DNA of 64,000 bases, taken from positions 1-64,000 of the IMG/VR virus record IMGVR_UViG_3300025030_000088. One strand, written 5' to 3'. The notes under the pieces are model-generated. The model was not told the DNA's origin. It saw only the letters and a list, made by a program, of their open reading frames with translations, and searched no databases. Source of the DNA: an uncultured virus (IMG/VR IMGVR_UViG_3300025030_000088) (lineage: Duplodnaviria > Heunggongvirae > Uroviricota > Caudoviricetes). Positions 10,990 to 22,087 of this stretch are shown one piece after another; position 1 is the first letter of the stretch; each line of letters starts with the position of its first letter. Both the position numbers and the translations under genes were made by a program.

Positions 10990-12648
10990 CTATCCAACTA
11001 ATTTTTCATAATCTGATTTGTACATCCATTTAAAACCACCTGCATGATTATATTTACCAAGACAACAAGAAGAAATATTTGAATGATTTATTTTTAATTG
11101 TCTTTCTGCTTCAATAATACTATCAAACTCCGAAATATATTCTTTATTTAGTGATAGTTGAACAACTTTTTTAACATATGGAGATTTTTTATATTGTTTT
11201 ATTTCGCTTTTATTATAATCTGAAAGAAACATCCATTGATATCCACCAGCAGATTTTAATTTACCTCTGCAACAAGATGAAATACTCATAATAATAATTC
11301 CTGTTTGTTTTTCAGCTTCAACCATGCTACTATATTCTTGAACATATTCACCACTTAACGACAATTGAACAACTGGTTTCGCCCCTGATTTTCCTAATCT
11401 TACCCCACTTGCTTTTTGTATTTCATTGGCATCATAATCACACCACCCCAATTTACTACATTCATTAAGATATCTTATAACTGTTCTCTTTCCTAAGTTC
11501 AGAATAACACTAATTTCTGATGAATTTTTAATTCCAGCATTCCATAATTTAGATGTTTCTTTTACTAAATTGTTACAAGCAAACTCATGACATTTTAACC
11601 AATCAATATTAGATAAATCAAATATCTGTGCTAATCCACTAACTAAAATATTATCTCTAATATATTTCATATCTGATTTTACACAATCAATTCTAATCAT
11701 CTTAATATTATGTTCTTTTGCTTTTTTATCTTTATAATCATCTATAGCTTGAGATTCTTCAGGGGTGGTTCCATCTAATGTTTTTTTATTACCATGTCCC
11801 AATGCTCTATCCATTTCAATTATATATTTTTTATTATTAAATTCAAAATAACTATCATATCTCTTAGGTTTAATCCAATCCGGTGAATATTCGAATTTTA
11901 TATATTTTAATTTGTATGTATTATTTAATTGGTTTAATAAATTACGTCCAAACTTATTGGGGTATGAAATATTATCTCCACAAATAGAACATCCCACTTG
12001 CCCACGTGTAATAGCATTCATACTTCTTTCAAATATATGATTACAGTCTAAACATTCCCATTTAAGTTTTACATCATAGCCAATGTACTCATCACTCAAT
12101 CTAATATTATAATTATTTATTTTACACCAATTATTAATATTTTGATATATGTATATATTAGATTTATAAAACCCTTGTGGTATATAACCTTTTTTTATGC
12201 TGGAAATTTTAATTTTACTATACATATATCCATCCGAATTAATTAAATCTACATTAATTTGAGTATTTATTATTTTAACATTAAGTAATTTCCAAGTATC
12301 TCCTAAGTTATTATTAATTATTTGCTTAACTTCTTGTGCTTTAATTCCATTAATATATAATGAATTAAAACAATTTATACAATAATGTTGTTCATCGTCT
12401 TTAATATATTTTCGATAATCATTCAATGCTATTGTTTTTAAATATTCTCCACACTCATCACATCCAATATCAACTTGCACCTTATAACTATCTAATAAAT
12501 CCTCTACTTTAACTAATATTTTTGTATTCTGTGGAACTGACAACCTTCCTTGATTATCTTTTTCCCTTGGTATTATATATCCTTTATTTTTATACCATTT
12601 AATATGTCTTCCACTTAAGCCAATTTCTACTTCTTTTGTTAGCAACAT
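10990..12648 (-). CDS. Free-standing endonuclease with zinc ribbons, PD-(D/E)xK-like core and two NUMOD1 repeats
   Basis: CxxC pairs; RYDSYF...IIEMD...GHG. Two C-terminal KPVVQLSL..EY.S..EAE.....ISSCC.GK..SAGG..W repeats. Confidence 0.75.
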   Translation of the reverse strand: MLLTKEVEIGLSGRHIKWYKNKGYIIPREKDNQGRLSVPQNTKILVKVEDLLDSYKVQVDIGCDECGEYLKTIALNDYRKYIKDDEQHYCINCFNSLYINGIKAQEVKQIINNNLGDTWKLLNVKIINTQINVDLINSDGYMYSKIKISSIKKGYIPQGFYKSNIYIYQNINNWCKINNYNIRLSDEYIGYDVKLKWECLDCNHIFERSMNAITRGQVGCSICGDNISYPNKFGRNLLNQLNNTYKLKYIKFEYSPDWIKPKRYDSYFEFNNKKYIIEMDRALGHGNKKTLDGTTPEESQAIDDYKDKKAKEHNIKMIRIDCVKSDMKYIRDNILVSGLAQIFDLSNIDWLKCHEFACNNLVKETSKLWNAGIKNSSEISVILNLGKRTVIRYLNECSKLGWCDYDANEIQKASGVRLGKSGAKPVVQLSLSGEYVQEYSSMVEAEKQTGIIIMSISSCCRGKLKSAGGYQWMFLSDYNKSEIKQYKKSPYVKKVVQLSLNKEYISEFDSIIEAERQLKINHSNISSCCLGKYNHAGGFKWMYKSDYEKLVG

Positions 12649-12764
12649 TAATTATTACCTCCGACAGCAATTATTTTTATTTTCCGAGAATTTTAAATAA
12701 GGGAAAAGAACTCGGATATTCTCTTATCAATAAGGCTCATGACTTCCTTATCTATCCCAATATT

Positions 12765-12793
12765 ATTATACTATTATTTTATAACTTTGTCAA
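12765..12793 (-). promoter_or_regulatory. Consensus sigmaA promoter TTGACA-17-TATAAT for the endonuclease gene
   Basis: Exact consensus hexamers and spacing. Confidence 0.85.
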
Positions 12794-12814
12794 TAATATT
12801 TATATTTAATTTAA

Positions 12815-14428
12815 TTAGCTTATAACTTTTCCATCGTTTGAGTCGTAGTCCCTAGTAGTGGCTCCTCCGTCATTTAGCTGGTCATCAGGTTTTTTCTCCC
12901 TACCACCTAAATTACTAGGATTGCTTCCGCTTTGAGTATAAGACGTACTAAAAGGAATGAATTGTTGCGTGTCCCAACTATATAGTGTCTCATCATCCAT
13001 CTGCATTTCATATTCTTCTGGTAATTTTCCCAAAGAAGCGAGATATTCTTTACGACACACGCCAAGGGTTGCAGCGTTCTTATACCTATTCGAAACTTCT
13101 TCACGACTAAATGAGTCCCCGAACATCTTAATCCCAAATTTATAAGAACCCGTTCTTTGTGCTAATTGATAATTTATATTTTTAGTATATTGTCTGTACA
13201 TATGATTTATAAATTGCATATCAGTAGTATTACTATTTTTAACAGCAGAACCAGATTTACCATCTGCTGAACCATATGTTAACGGTGATATACCAGAATT
13301 TTGCCACATACTATTTCCCACTATACTTGAAATTGCTGCTATACTTTGATTGTCAGAGGTCTTGATTTCTGTGGCACTCATTGGAGAGGAAAATACTGTA
13401 GTTCCGAAATTTAAGCCAGCTTGACAAGCCGCCACCCATTTGGCAGTAGTATTGAAATCTATGGAAGGTTTTCCATCTTTATCCAGTGGTGCTTGTAAAT
13501 ATATTAATTTAAATGTGTCTAACATCGTTTTGGTCTTCAAGAGTTGACGATATTCATCTATTCCTAACACATCTCTAAACAAACCCCTTAAAGGATTCAA
13601 TCTAGCAGCCTTGGTGTCATCAAAAAGAAACACTACCGATTTTTTAGGTGGCATTTGTATAAAATAATTTTGATTAGTCTTAATATCCTCATAAAAATCT
13701 TCAAACCAATCAGTAAATTCAGAAGCATAATCATTAAGTGATTGTGGTGTACGAAGGAAAAACGTCATGTCAAAGGCATATGTGTATCCTAAACTTGTTC
13801 TTCCATTTATAATACATCTATTATCTCCAGAAGGCATTTCTTGATAATCAATATAATTATCCGCTTCTCTTAAATAGTAAAATTTTCCACCCTCACGTAT
13901 GACACCTAAAGTTATATTAAAAAATTGTTCTTGAATTCTAAGTTTCGTTAAAAAATCTAATGCTTTCTTTTTAGAGTTTTTATATGTAGCAAACGCTTTT
14001 TTATCTTTTTTAGGATCGGGAACGGGAGTGATAGGATAAATGTAATAATAAAAATCAAGATTAGATGCAAAATGATAAACTACACGTTCAAATTGTAAAG
14101 ATACCCCCTCAAGATACTGTGACAAATTACTTAATTGTTGTTCATATCTATGAGGTTGTAATAACCATTTCTCAATCTCTTGAGAAGTAGGTTTATATGG
14201 AGATATATTTATATCTTTCATCAAAGAGTTACTATAATGTGGATAGTATCCTTGATTATTATTTATCTTTCTTAACAAACTATATAATGTATTAGAATAT
14301 GTTTCTAAAAATTTATCTGGTGACATATCTGTATTTGATATATCACTGTTTATATTACTATTTATATTATTATTACTATTTGTTGTAACAGAAAGTGATT
14401 TTTGCTTTTTTCTTGCCAAATATTTCAC
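12815..14428 (-). CDS. Portal protein
   Basis: ~537 aa directly after terminase; C-terminal PFSTSYTQSG...GGR motif typical of SPbeta-like portals. Confidence 0.8.
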   Translation of the reverse strand: MKYLARKKQKSLSVTTNSNNNINSNINSDISNTDMSPDKFLETYSNTLYSLLRKINNNQGYYPHYSNSLMKDINISPYKPTSQEIEKWLLQPHRYEQQLSNLSQYLEGVSLQFERVVYHFASNLDFYYYIYPITPVPDPKKDKKAFATYKNSKKKALDFLTKLRIQEQFFNITLGVIREGGKFYYLREADNYIDYQEMPSGDNRCIINGRTSLGYTYAFDMTFFLRTPQSLNDYASEFTDWFEDFYEDIKTNQNYFIQMPPKKSVVFLFDDTKAARLNPLRGLFRDVLGIDEYRQLLKTKTMLDTFKLIYLQAPLDKDGKPSIDFNTTAKWVAACQAGLNFGTTVFSSPMSATEIKTSDNQSIAAISSIVGNSMWQNSGISPLTYGSADGKSGSAVKNSNTTDMQFINHMYRQYTKNINYQLAQRTGSYKFGIKMFGDSFSREEVSNRYKNAATLGVCRKEYLASLGKLPEEYEMQMDDETLYSWDTQQFIPFSTSYTQSGSNPSNLGGREKKPDDQLNDGGATTRDYDSNDGKVIS

Positions 14429-14452
14429 CTGCCTACTTTTTTAAGTGATTAA

Positions 14453-16291
14453 TTAGTAATTTGAAAATTTTTCCCAAGGTTTTGATGTTGGAGCAATAAA
14501 GAAATTTTCAAGATCATCTTCTTCTTTTTCTTTTAATAAATCTTGTTCTAATAAAGAAATAAAATACCCTCCATAACTGCAACTTGTATACCTATCTTTC
14601 CTTGCTGTACCAATTGTTTCTAATTTAATATTTCCATTAAGTATGGTATATTCTAAATTAATAGTCTCATTAACCATTTCTGAAAATTGTCTATATGGAT
14701 GAATATACCATACAGTTAAATTAATATCTTGATTGCGAGAAAAATCTTTATTTGTTTTATTTAGATATTCTTCACCATCATTTTCATCAATAAGGAAATT
14801 ACACATATTTCTTTGTAGTTTATCTTTAAAATCTACTGCAATATCACTATTTAATCTAGCATTAGCTAAAACAGGATATATAACAGGTTTTGCTTTTGCT
14901 GCTAAAGTTTTTTCTTTTAATTCATCAATCAATGATTTATCGAGAGATTTATGTTCATATACTGTAAAAGCATCATATTCAATTCCACGTTCATCATCTT
15001 TTGTTACTGTTGCAAGTCTCTCGAAAATTGTAATACCTACGTTATGTAAATCAAGTACAATATAATCTGCTTCAAAATCATGATAAATTTGTTTTATTCG
15101 TAATGCTTGTTTTTCGGTATGCTCACCTTGTTTTGATTCCATATAAACATATTCACGGTGATATCCTTTTAATGTAGGTAATGCTCTTATACAAGTAATA
15201 ATTGTATTGTCATTTTTCTGACCTTTTCTTGCAGCAATATCTACTGAAACAATTCTAATTTCTCCATCTACTCTTTTTATTTCATTTGGATTTTTCTTTT
15301 TATTTAATATATCATGTCTTAAAGGATAAAACGACTTCTTTAATTTTCTATTTTTTTGAAACATATCTAATTTAAAATAAGAATTACTGTTCTCTCCAAA
15401 TGGGATATTTTCATATTCTTCTAAAAAAGTTATTGCATCCATAGTCGATCTGTCTCTTGCTATTGCTTTTTTAGTTTTAATATTATGTTTAATAGCAATT
15501 AAATAATCAAAAGCAATAAAACCTGCATCTTTTCCTTCTAACATCATTTTTATAGTGTCTAAAGTTTCTTTATACCACCATAATCCTTTATGATAAGCAG
15601 AAGATATAAGAACTTGTCTTGGTTCTTCAATTAAAATTTTTTCATTTGCATATTCTGGTTTCATTAAATATGGTGTTTGTCTAGCATATGAAAATGGTTT
15701 TACTATCGCATCAAATTTTGTTTTGTCCATTATACGAAATTCTTCACCAATTGTGAAAGTAGATCTTTCTCCTCTCCCACTTTCCTGACAAGCTACAACC
15801 TTAATAGTTGTTCCATTTTGTAAAGTACAACTACAATTATTTTGAGTATCTGAAAAATCTTTTACTTCTCTAGAAATATTTGGATAGTCATCTTTTAATC
15901 TTGACATTTTACCAAATATAATACCTGCCTGTTTCATTGAGGCTGCTACAATTACAATTTCACTATTTGGATAAAGTACACCTCTAGCATAAGCCAATAA
16001 AGCAATTAACCATGACTTTGCTGCTGCTCTACTTGCAATTGTAACAAAACTTTCACATATACTCATAAAATATATCCAAATTATTTGATACCAATATAAT
16101 TGTACTCCAAAATAATGTTGAATAAATCTATGAATATTACGTCGATAAAAAGTAGTCCAATCAATTAAATTTTCTTGCCATTGTTCATTTCTATCTTTAT
16201 CTTTTATCATTGACTTAGGTGCTTTAAATTGATTACTATGTCCAGAATACTTACTATGATTATTTTGATAATTATTATAACTACGACCCAT
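14453..16291 (-). CDS. terL: Terminase large subunit
   Basis: LYWYQ adenine-binding motif, Walker A-like ASRAAAKS, Walker B TIGEEF, ISSA coupling motif, RNase H-like SVDIA and KDRY. Confidence 0.9.
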   Translation of the reverse strand: MGRSYNNYQNNHSKYSGHSNQFKAPKSMIKDKDRNEQWQENLIDWTTFYRRNIHRFIQHYFGVQLYWYQIIWIYFMSICESFVTIASRAAAKSWLIALLAYARGVLYPNSEIVIVAASMKQAGIIFGKMSRLKDDYPNISREVKDFSDTQNNCSCTLQNGTTIKVVACQESGRGERSTFTIGEEFRIMDKTKFDAIVKPFSYARQTPYLMKPEYANEKILIEEPRQVLISSAYHKGLWWYKETLDTIKMMLEGKDAGFIAFDYLIAIKHNIKTKKAIARDRSTMDAITFLEEYENIPFGENSNSYFKLDMFQKNRKLKKSFYPLRHDILNKKKNPNEIKRVDGEIRIVSVDIAARKGQKNDNTIITCIRALPTLKGYHREYVYMESKQGEHTEKQALRIKQIYHDFEADYIVLDLHNVGITIFERLATVTKDDERGIEYDAFTVYEHKSLDKSLIDELKEKTLAAKAKPVIYPVLANARLNSDIAVDFKDKLQRNMCNFLIDENDGEEYLNKTNKDFSRNQDINLTVWYIHPYRQFSEMVNETINLEYTILNGNIKLETIGTARKDRYTSCSYGGYFISLLEQDLLKEKEEDDLENFFIAPTSKPWEKFSNY

Positions 16292-17243
16292 TAAAATCAC
16301 CATCAATTTTCCCAACATCAACACTATCTAAATCAGCATCAATATTATCATCAACAAAGAAATTTCTAACACCTGTAAGAAAATTTTCAATGGGACGAGA
16401 AATATAATTTTTCAGATATGGTTTAAATCCATCTATATCTTTATATTTATCTTGTTGTTCATACCATTCTGCTGGTCTAAATTGTTCAATATCTTTTACC
16501 CATAAACCAAATGCTTCATGTGATTTTCCAGCACTTGCTTGATTAGCTTTTGCAGGATCAACTGATGCTGTTTTAAAAAGTTCTTGTAATTCTTTTACAT
16601 CTTGTGATACGCCTTCTTTATCTGCACGTTTATTTCTTATTATTAATATTTTTACACAAATTTCTTTCAGTAATGTTATTTCAGCTTGATTATCACATTT
16701 ATGTGTTTGTTTCCAATTTGACAATTCTAATTCTAAAAATATATAATCATCTAATGAAAATCCTCTTCCCCAAAATAAAACTAAATCATCATCAATTTCT
16801 TCTTCAACTTGATCATTAATAATATTTTCAAATTCACTATCTTTAAATCTAAATGATTCTAATTTTTCATTATTCTTACTTGTGGACCCAAGTTTACTTT
16901 TATAATATCCAAATAATTTACTTGCTTTTTTACCTTTAGACATTAAATTTTCTACATGCGATTGTGCTTGTTTTAACGCTTCTTCGCTATACCTTACATC
17001 TAAATCTCTACATGTTAATTTTAAAGCAATATCTATATTATTATGTATTGAGAAATAATTATCGAAAATCTCATTACAATGATCTCGACAAATTGAAAGA
17101 TAACCATTTTTATCTATATTTGGATTTGTACATTCATAAAAATAAGATATAGGATGCATTTTCATACAAATTCTACAATAACCTTCTCCAGATACAGTTT
17201 TAACTTCTTTAATATTCTTAATAGTTTTAGTTAATCTTGGCAT
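16281..17243 (-). CDS. Putative terminase small subunit-like protein
   Basis: Overlaps terL start; N-terminal CxxC..C..C zinc motif; FGLWVKDIEQFRPAE. Confidence 0.5.
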   Translation of the reverse strand: MPRLTKTIKNIKEVKTVSGEGYCRICMKMHPISYFYECTNPNIDKNGYLSICRDHCNEIFDNYFSIHNNIDIALKLTCRDLDVRYSEEALKQAQSHVENLMSKGKKASKLFGYYKSKLGSTSKNNEKLESFRFKDSEFENIINDQVEEEIDDDLVLFWGRGFSLDDYIFLELELSNWKQTHKCDNQAEITLLKEICVKILIIRNKRADKEGVSQDVKELQELFKTASVDPAKANQASAGKSHEAFGLWVKDIEQFRPAEWYEQQDKYKDIDGFKPYLKNYISRPIENFLTGVRNFFVDDNIDADLDSVDVGKIDGDFNGS

Positions 17244-17628
17244 CTGGCATCATCTCCTTTTAAAGTAATATACTTGTATTCATTATCTAATAAATTATCA
17301 AATTTAAAATTATAATATTTATTAAAATTATCTTTATCAATTATTAAATTACCGTTACACAAATATTTTTAAATTTATCCTCCATTTCTCCACGCATATA
17401 AAAATAAAATAGAAATTAGGATGTGTAGAGAGGGAATAGCTAATTCCCAATTACTTAACTTCTTAAAATAAACATATTTAAAATTATTATATTTATAATC
17501 TAATACTAACCTAAAAAATATTACAACCAAATCTCACTTCTATACTAAATAATAAACACACATTAAAACCCATTAAGATAATAATTAATGGGTTTTATCT
17601 ATGATTATTTAATTGTCCTTCCGACTAT

Positions 17629-18309
17629 CTAACCCCATCTAGTAGAATTATTAATCATGTTAAGTATTTGTTCAGCAACTTTATTCATATCATCTTTTGT
17701 ATTATTAACAGTTAAATTACATGTAATATTAGTTTTAGATTCTTTTTCATTTTTATTTGTATCATTAACAAATTCCTTTTCACAATCGTTCCATCCAATT
17801 TCCTTACCCAACATAAACAATTCATATAAAACATTTTTTATACATGAACTACAATCACAATCTAAGTTTTCAATTCGATCATAAAATTCTTCAATAATAC
17901 TAATATCTAAGCATATATCTTTATTTTCACAATCATCACATTTATCAACTGATTCCTCATCATAATCTTCAATAAAATTATCCGCAAATTCGTCTAAAAT
18001 AGATTTAATAGAAATTTTATTTCCATTTGTCTCTTGAATTCTCTTAGCAAATAATTCTAACAATTCTCCGTAATCAAATTCATCTTCTTTACATCCTTCG
18101 CAATCTTCACAACAATCACAAACTTCATCGTCATCGTATGTATAAGGACTATCATTTATTTTTTTTACTTCTTCTTTATTATATTCACTTAAACCACCAA
18201 CAAAATCTTGATAAGATTCAAAATCAACTTCTTCACCATCAATATAAAACTTACTTTTTACGTGTTCAAAAGTTTCATCATCATAGTAATGTTTGGTTGT
18301 TAGTTGCAT
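17629..18309 (-). CDS. Acidic Cys-rich hypothetical protein
   Basis: ORF with AAAGGAG RBS; repeated C-x-x-C and D/E-rich segments. Confidence 0.6.
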   Translation of the reverse strand: MQLTTKHYYDDETFEHVKSKFYIDGEEVDFESYQDFVGGLSEYNKEEVKKINDSPYTYDDDEVCDCCEDCEGCKEDEFDYGELLELFAKRIQETNGNKISIKSILDEFADNFIEDYDEESVDKCDDCENKDICLDISIIEEFYDRIENLDCDCSSCIKNVLYELFMLGKEIGWNDCEKEFVNDTNKNEKESKTNITCNLTVNNTKDDMNKVAEQILNMINNSTRWG

Positions 18310-18373
18310 GTTTTAATATTCTCCTTTAAATTTATATTATTATTTTATAATTGTAATAAATATAATTTAATTA

Positions 18374-18748
18374 TTACAACATATCTTTTTCCTTTAATAT
18401 TGTCGCATTTTTAGAACTCTCAATAGTAGCATTAGCATTTATATTAGTTATTTGTACACTATGATCGACATTCATTTTATTCAGAATTAACGTAATAGAA
18501 TCATCCATTGAAATACCTGAATTAATTAAACCTGTGTAAAAACCAGAATAATATGAAGAATCTTTTAATCCTCTTTTAAATTCATCTAAATCTAATTGAA
18601 TATTAGTATCTTCTGCTAGATTATCAGTTGATATCTCTAATGGTTCAAAGAATAGAATCACTTCTGATGTAGAAGAGAGTAGGGGAGTGGTATTTAATTC
18701 TTGTTCTTGTATTTGTGTTTGAGATATTGTTTTTGTTTTATCGTTCAT
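18374..18748 (-). CDS. Hypothetical protein
   Basis: ORF with AAGGAG RBS in operon. Confidence 0.6.
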   Translation of the reverse strand: MNDKTKTISQTQIQEQELNTTPLLSSTSEVILFFEPLEISTDNLAEDTNIQLDLDEFKRGLKDSSYYSGFYTGLINSGISMDDSITLILNKMNVDHSVQITNINANATIESSKNATILKEKDML

Positions 18749-18759
18749 ATGTTTTCTCC

Positions 18760-19365
18760 TTAAATTAAATAATCAACTACTTTTAGATTGTCTTGACATG
18801 CTTCGCTTCCCCAAAAGTACCAATCATATTTTAATTTCTTAATTTCTTCTAATCTTTCTTCAGTTATATTAGTATTATTAATAACTATCTCTTTTAACTT
18901 TTTCCACATAGTATTAGTTTCTTCCATATCATCAATCATTTCTTGATGTTTACCAAATGAACCTGATATAATACTATGAACCATAATTCTAGAATCAGGT
19001 AATGCTCTACGTTCTGAACCACATATAAGCAACCAAAATCCACCAGAAAAAGCTGTAGTATGAACTGTTATGATAATATTATATCCTTCATTAATCATAC
19101 TTTTTATTTTGGAGCATAAAGCAATTGTTGAGTACGCATCACCACCATATGTGTCTAAAACTATTTCTATTGGTTCTTTAGTATTATTTTTCTTGTCAAG
19201 TAATTTAAGTCTATCTAGCCAATACATTACCTTAAAAATAGAATCTCGTTCTATTTCCTCAGAAAATAGAATACGTCTGTCTCTCATAGCAGAGTTAATA
19301 CGCATTTCATCCATTATTCTATCATTTGGTATTAAATATTCCATGTATATATTACCTTTCGGCAT
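18760..19365 (-). CDS. clpP: ClpP-like protease proteolytic subunit
   Basis: TYGGD, AFSGG (catalytic Ser), R.ALP.SRIMVH (catalytic His). Confidence 0.85.
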   Translation of the reverse strand: MPKGNIYMEYLIPNDRIMDEMRINSAMRDRRILFSEEIERDSIFKVMYWLDRLKLLDKKNNTKEPIEIVLDTYGGDAYSTIALCSKIKSMINEGYNIIITVHTTAFSGGFWLLICGSERRALPDSRIMVHSIISGSFGKHQEMIDDMEETNTMWKKLKEIVINNTNITEERLEEIKKLKYDWYFWGSEACQDNLKVVDYLI

Positions 19366-19371
19366 TTTATT

Positions 19372-20586
19372 TTAATTCAAACTAATATTATATTCAATTG
19401 TTTTACCAACACATTCTTCAAAAACAACAAATGTAGAACTTGCTTCAGAAATCTTTTTAATTTTTAAACTAAAATCATCTAATCCACAGATTGAACCAAC
19501 ACCAATAGTACCTTTAGAAACACCTAAATTTATACTATTTGCATGATGTTTATGACCAGTTACAAGGTAAGAAATATCTTCATTATACATATATGAATAA
19601 TCTCTAATTGATTGTTGAACATCTTTTTCTTCACCATGAGTACCTAAAACATTAAATCCTGCAATTTGTGTATATATCATTTCCGTTTCATTTTCCATAC
19701 ATTCAATATTAGGATTATCTTTTAATATTTCTTTTGTTAAAACAAAAATTACTTTGCTAATATTTTCATGTGGCAATTCCCCTTTTTTAGTACCTAACAA
19801 TCTCAAGTCTGTATGGTTTCCACATGTAGAATAAAATTTTATTTTAACATTTTCACTTAATAAATTTAACCATGTTGCTATGAAATAAGAATATTTAATT
19901 GCTGATTCAATAACACCATATTTTAAATTTATAAGTTGTCCTAGATGAATTAATCCATCTAATTCATCACCAAGATTCATTATATGTATTTCTGTTAAAT
20001 TTTCTTTTTTACAAATTTCTATAGTTTTATCAAGTAGTTTATACATTCTTTGTTTAAATATATCTTCATTATATTCATTAATAATCTCACCTTTAAGTCC
20101 TTTAATTAAAATTTCTTTTCCAAAATGTGCATCAGAAATACACAACAATCCTTCTGTTTTATTTTTATTATTAATAATTTTAATAGGGGATGGAAGAGGT
20201 TGAATTTCTTTTATTGCTTGAATTGCTCTTTCAGTAAATAATTCAAATCTTGCATCCTCTCTTAATAATTGTGATAATACTGCTTTTTCTGTTTGAACTT
20301 TTATTTTTTCTTTTTGTAATTCTTGTAATTTTTGCTCATACTCATTCAATATCTTATCATCACTAATATTAATTATCTTTTCTTTATCAAGATAAGGAAG
20401 AAGCATTTTTAAACCATAATACCTTTTCCTACATTCATCAGAATTCAATGTTACCCCAAATGCTAATTTAAATAATTCAACATAATCAATATCATAAATT
20501 CCATTTGATTTACCTTCAATAAGTCTAATTATATAATCATAATCTGATTCGTTATCTTTTCTTAAATGTTCCATACAATTCCTCAA
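19372..20586 (-). CDS. Calcineurin-like metallophosphoesterase
   Basis: SDAHFG, GDELDG, GNH, THG and GHKH motifs. Confidence 0.85.
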   Translation of the reverse strand: MRNCMEHLRKDNESDYDYIIRLIEGKSNGIYDIDYVELFKLAFGVTLNSDECRKRYYGLKMLLPYLDKEKIINISDDKILNEYEQKLQELQKEKIKVQTEKAVLSQLLREDARFELFTERAIQAIKEIQPLPSPIKIINNKNKTEGLLCISDAHFGKEILIKGLKGEIINEYNEDIFKQRMYKLLDKTIEICKKENLTEIHIMNLGDELDGLIHLGQLINLKYGVIESAIKYSYFIATWLNLLSENVKIKFYSTCGNHTDLRLLGTKKGELPHENISKVIFVLTKEILKDNPNIECMENETEMIYTQIAGFNVLGTHGEEKDVQQSIRDYSYMYNEDISYLVTGHKHHANSINLGVSKGTIGVGSICGLDDFSLKIKKISEASSTFVVFEECVGKTIEYNISLN

Positions 20587-20637
20587 TTCAATTTAAAATA
20601 GTGTAGAAGAGGTATAGAATATCGACCATTATTCTTT

Positions 20638-21858
20638 TTAATCCTTCCAATCCATTTCACTTACCATTTTACTAATTTCACTTCTATGATCTTCTATCAT
20701 ATTAACTTGCCCTGCAATATATTTATCTTTGAAATTATTGCTTGTAACAGTTAATCCATTTCTATTTAAACAGTATCTATTATCAATCTGCATAGTAGAA
20801 CCATCTAATAATACAAATGTTCCTTCACCAATTCTAGAAAGTAATCTTTCCATTTCAGAAGGTGTAAAATCTTGTGCCTCATTTATATACAATATAGAGT
20901 TACGAAGTGATCTACCTTTAGCAAATTGAATAGGTAAAATTTCTAATCTATTATTTCTAAGTAATATATCCATTATATTATCTTCCGAGGTGGTATCACA
21001 TAAAACACCAAGTAGAGGAGATGTCTTTTCTACTACATCTCCTGGGATTGCAGGAAATTCTCTTCTTCCTTTAGGTGGTGAATCACTTTTTACAAAATAT
21101 AACTTATCAACTTTTTCTTTGTCTAACATTTGCAATGCCCAATGTATCATCAAAAAACTTTTACCTACGCCATATTTTGAATCAGTTATTTTAATTTTTA
21201 TATTATCATTTTGAAGCATATGTATAAATGCTTTTTGATAAATATCTAATGGTACAATTTTATTTACATATTTATTTATTATTGGTTTAATTTTTACTTC
21301 TTCAAAATACTTATTCCATGTAAATAAATATTCATCATTAGATGTTGTATTATGAATTATTATATATTCATTAGGTTGAAAATTATATAAATTAGGATTT
21401 TCAAGTAAATTAACATATTCTTGCTCTGTCAAAGTTAGTTTTCTAATGCCATTATATTTATCATTACTCTTACCATCTTCAAACTCAAACATTTTACATG
21501 GTAATCCTAATGCTTGTGCTTTAACAATTAAATTGTAATCATCTGAAATAAAAATCATATCTTTATCATTATTTTCATAAGTAGTATATGCCATAGACAG
21601 TATCATATTATCATTACTTTGATTAGAAAACATTACACCACAAATATTAACACCATTCATTATAATATCTACATTATCAGCAGAATTAATATTTTTAATT
21701 GCTTGTCTTGCTTGATATGATATTCGTTCATCTCTTTTAAGTTTGTCTAATTCTTCAATTGAGACAATACTTATATATATACGAGAATAATTATCAAAAT
21801 TAAATTTTGGACTTAAGAGTACATTTGTATCTACAAAAATCTTTTTTAATTCTTTCAT
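20638..21858 (-). CDS. phoH: PIN domain - PhoH-like ATPase
   Basis: N-terminal VDTNVLL PIN motif; GVGKS; KGRSL; INEAQD; LSRIGEG; DGSTMQID. Confidence 0.85.
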   Translation of the reverse strand: MKELKKIFVDTNVLLSPKFNFDNYSRIYISIVSIEELDKLKRDERISYQARQAIKNINSADNVDIIMNGVNICGVMFSNQSNDNMILSMAYTTYENNDKDMIFISDDYNLIVKAQALGLPCKMFEFEDGKSNDKYNGIRKLTLTEQEYVNLLENPNLYNFQPNEYIIIHNTTSNDEYLFTWNKYFEEVKIKPIINKYVNKIVPLDIYQKAFIHMLQNDNIKIKITDSKYGVGKSFLMIHWALQMLDKEKVDKLYFVKSDSPPKGRREFPAIPGDVVEKTSPLLGVLCDTTSEDNIMDILLRNNRLEILPIQFAKGRSLRNSILYINEAQDFTPSEMERLLSRIGEGTFVLLDGSTMQIDNRYCLNRNGLTVTSNNFKDKYIAGQVNMIEDHRSEISKMVSEMDWKD

Positions 21859-21895
21859 AAGATATCAATTCCTCTCGGAAAATTTTTGTTGCTTA

Positions 21896-22087
21896 CTATT
21901 CTATAACATCTTTCTTATACATATCCTTAAAAACTCTATCTGCCATCCAATCAGGTACTAAAATCTTTTTCCTTTTACTTTTCTTCTTTTTTGAAGTACC
22001 AGACAAATCAGGATACTTCCCACCTTCCATTTTTAAAATTTTTTTAGAGATTAACCATTCTTTTTCTTGTTGACTGATTTGTTTCAA
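21896..22087 (-). CDS. Small basic hypothetical protein
   Basis: TTG start after AAAAGGAG; Lys-rich. Confidence 0.55.
   Translation of the reverse strand: MKQISQQEKEWLISKKILKMEGGKYPDLSGTSKKKKSKRKKILVPDWMADRVFKDMYKKDVIE

Noticed and set aside
8652..21214. Many short ORFs antisense to or inside structural genes (e.g. 8708-9001, 12907-13137, 14733-15065)
   Set aside because: No RBS or domain motifs; shadow frames, unlike the nested HNH at 30505, which has both.
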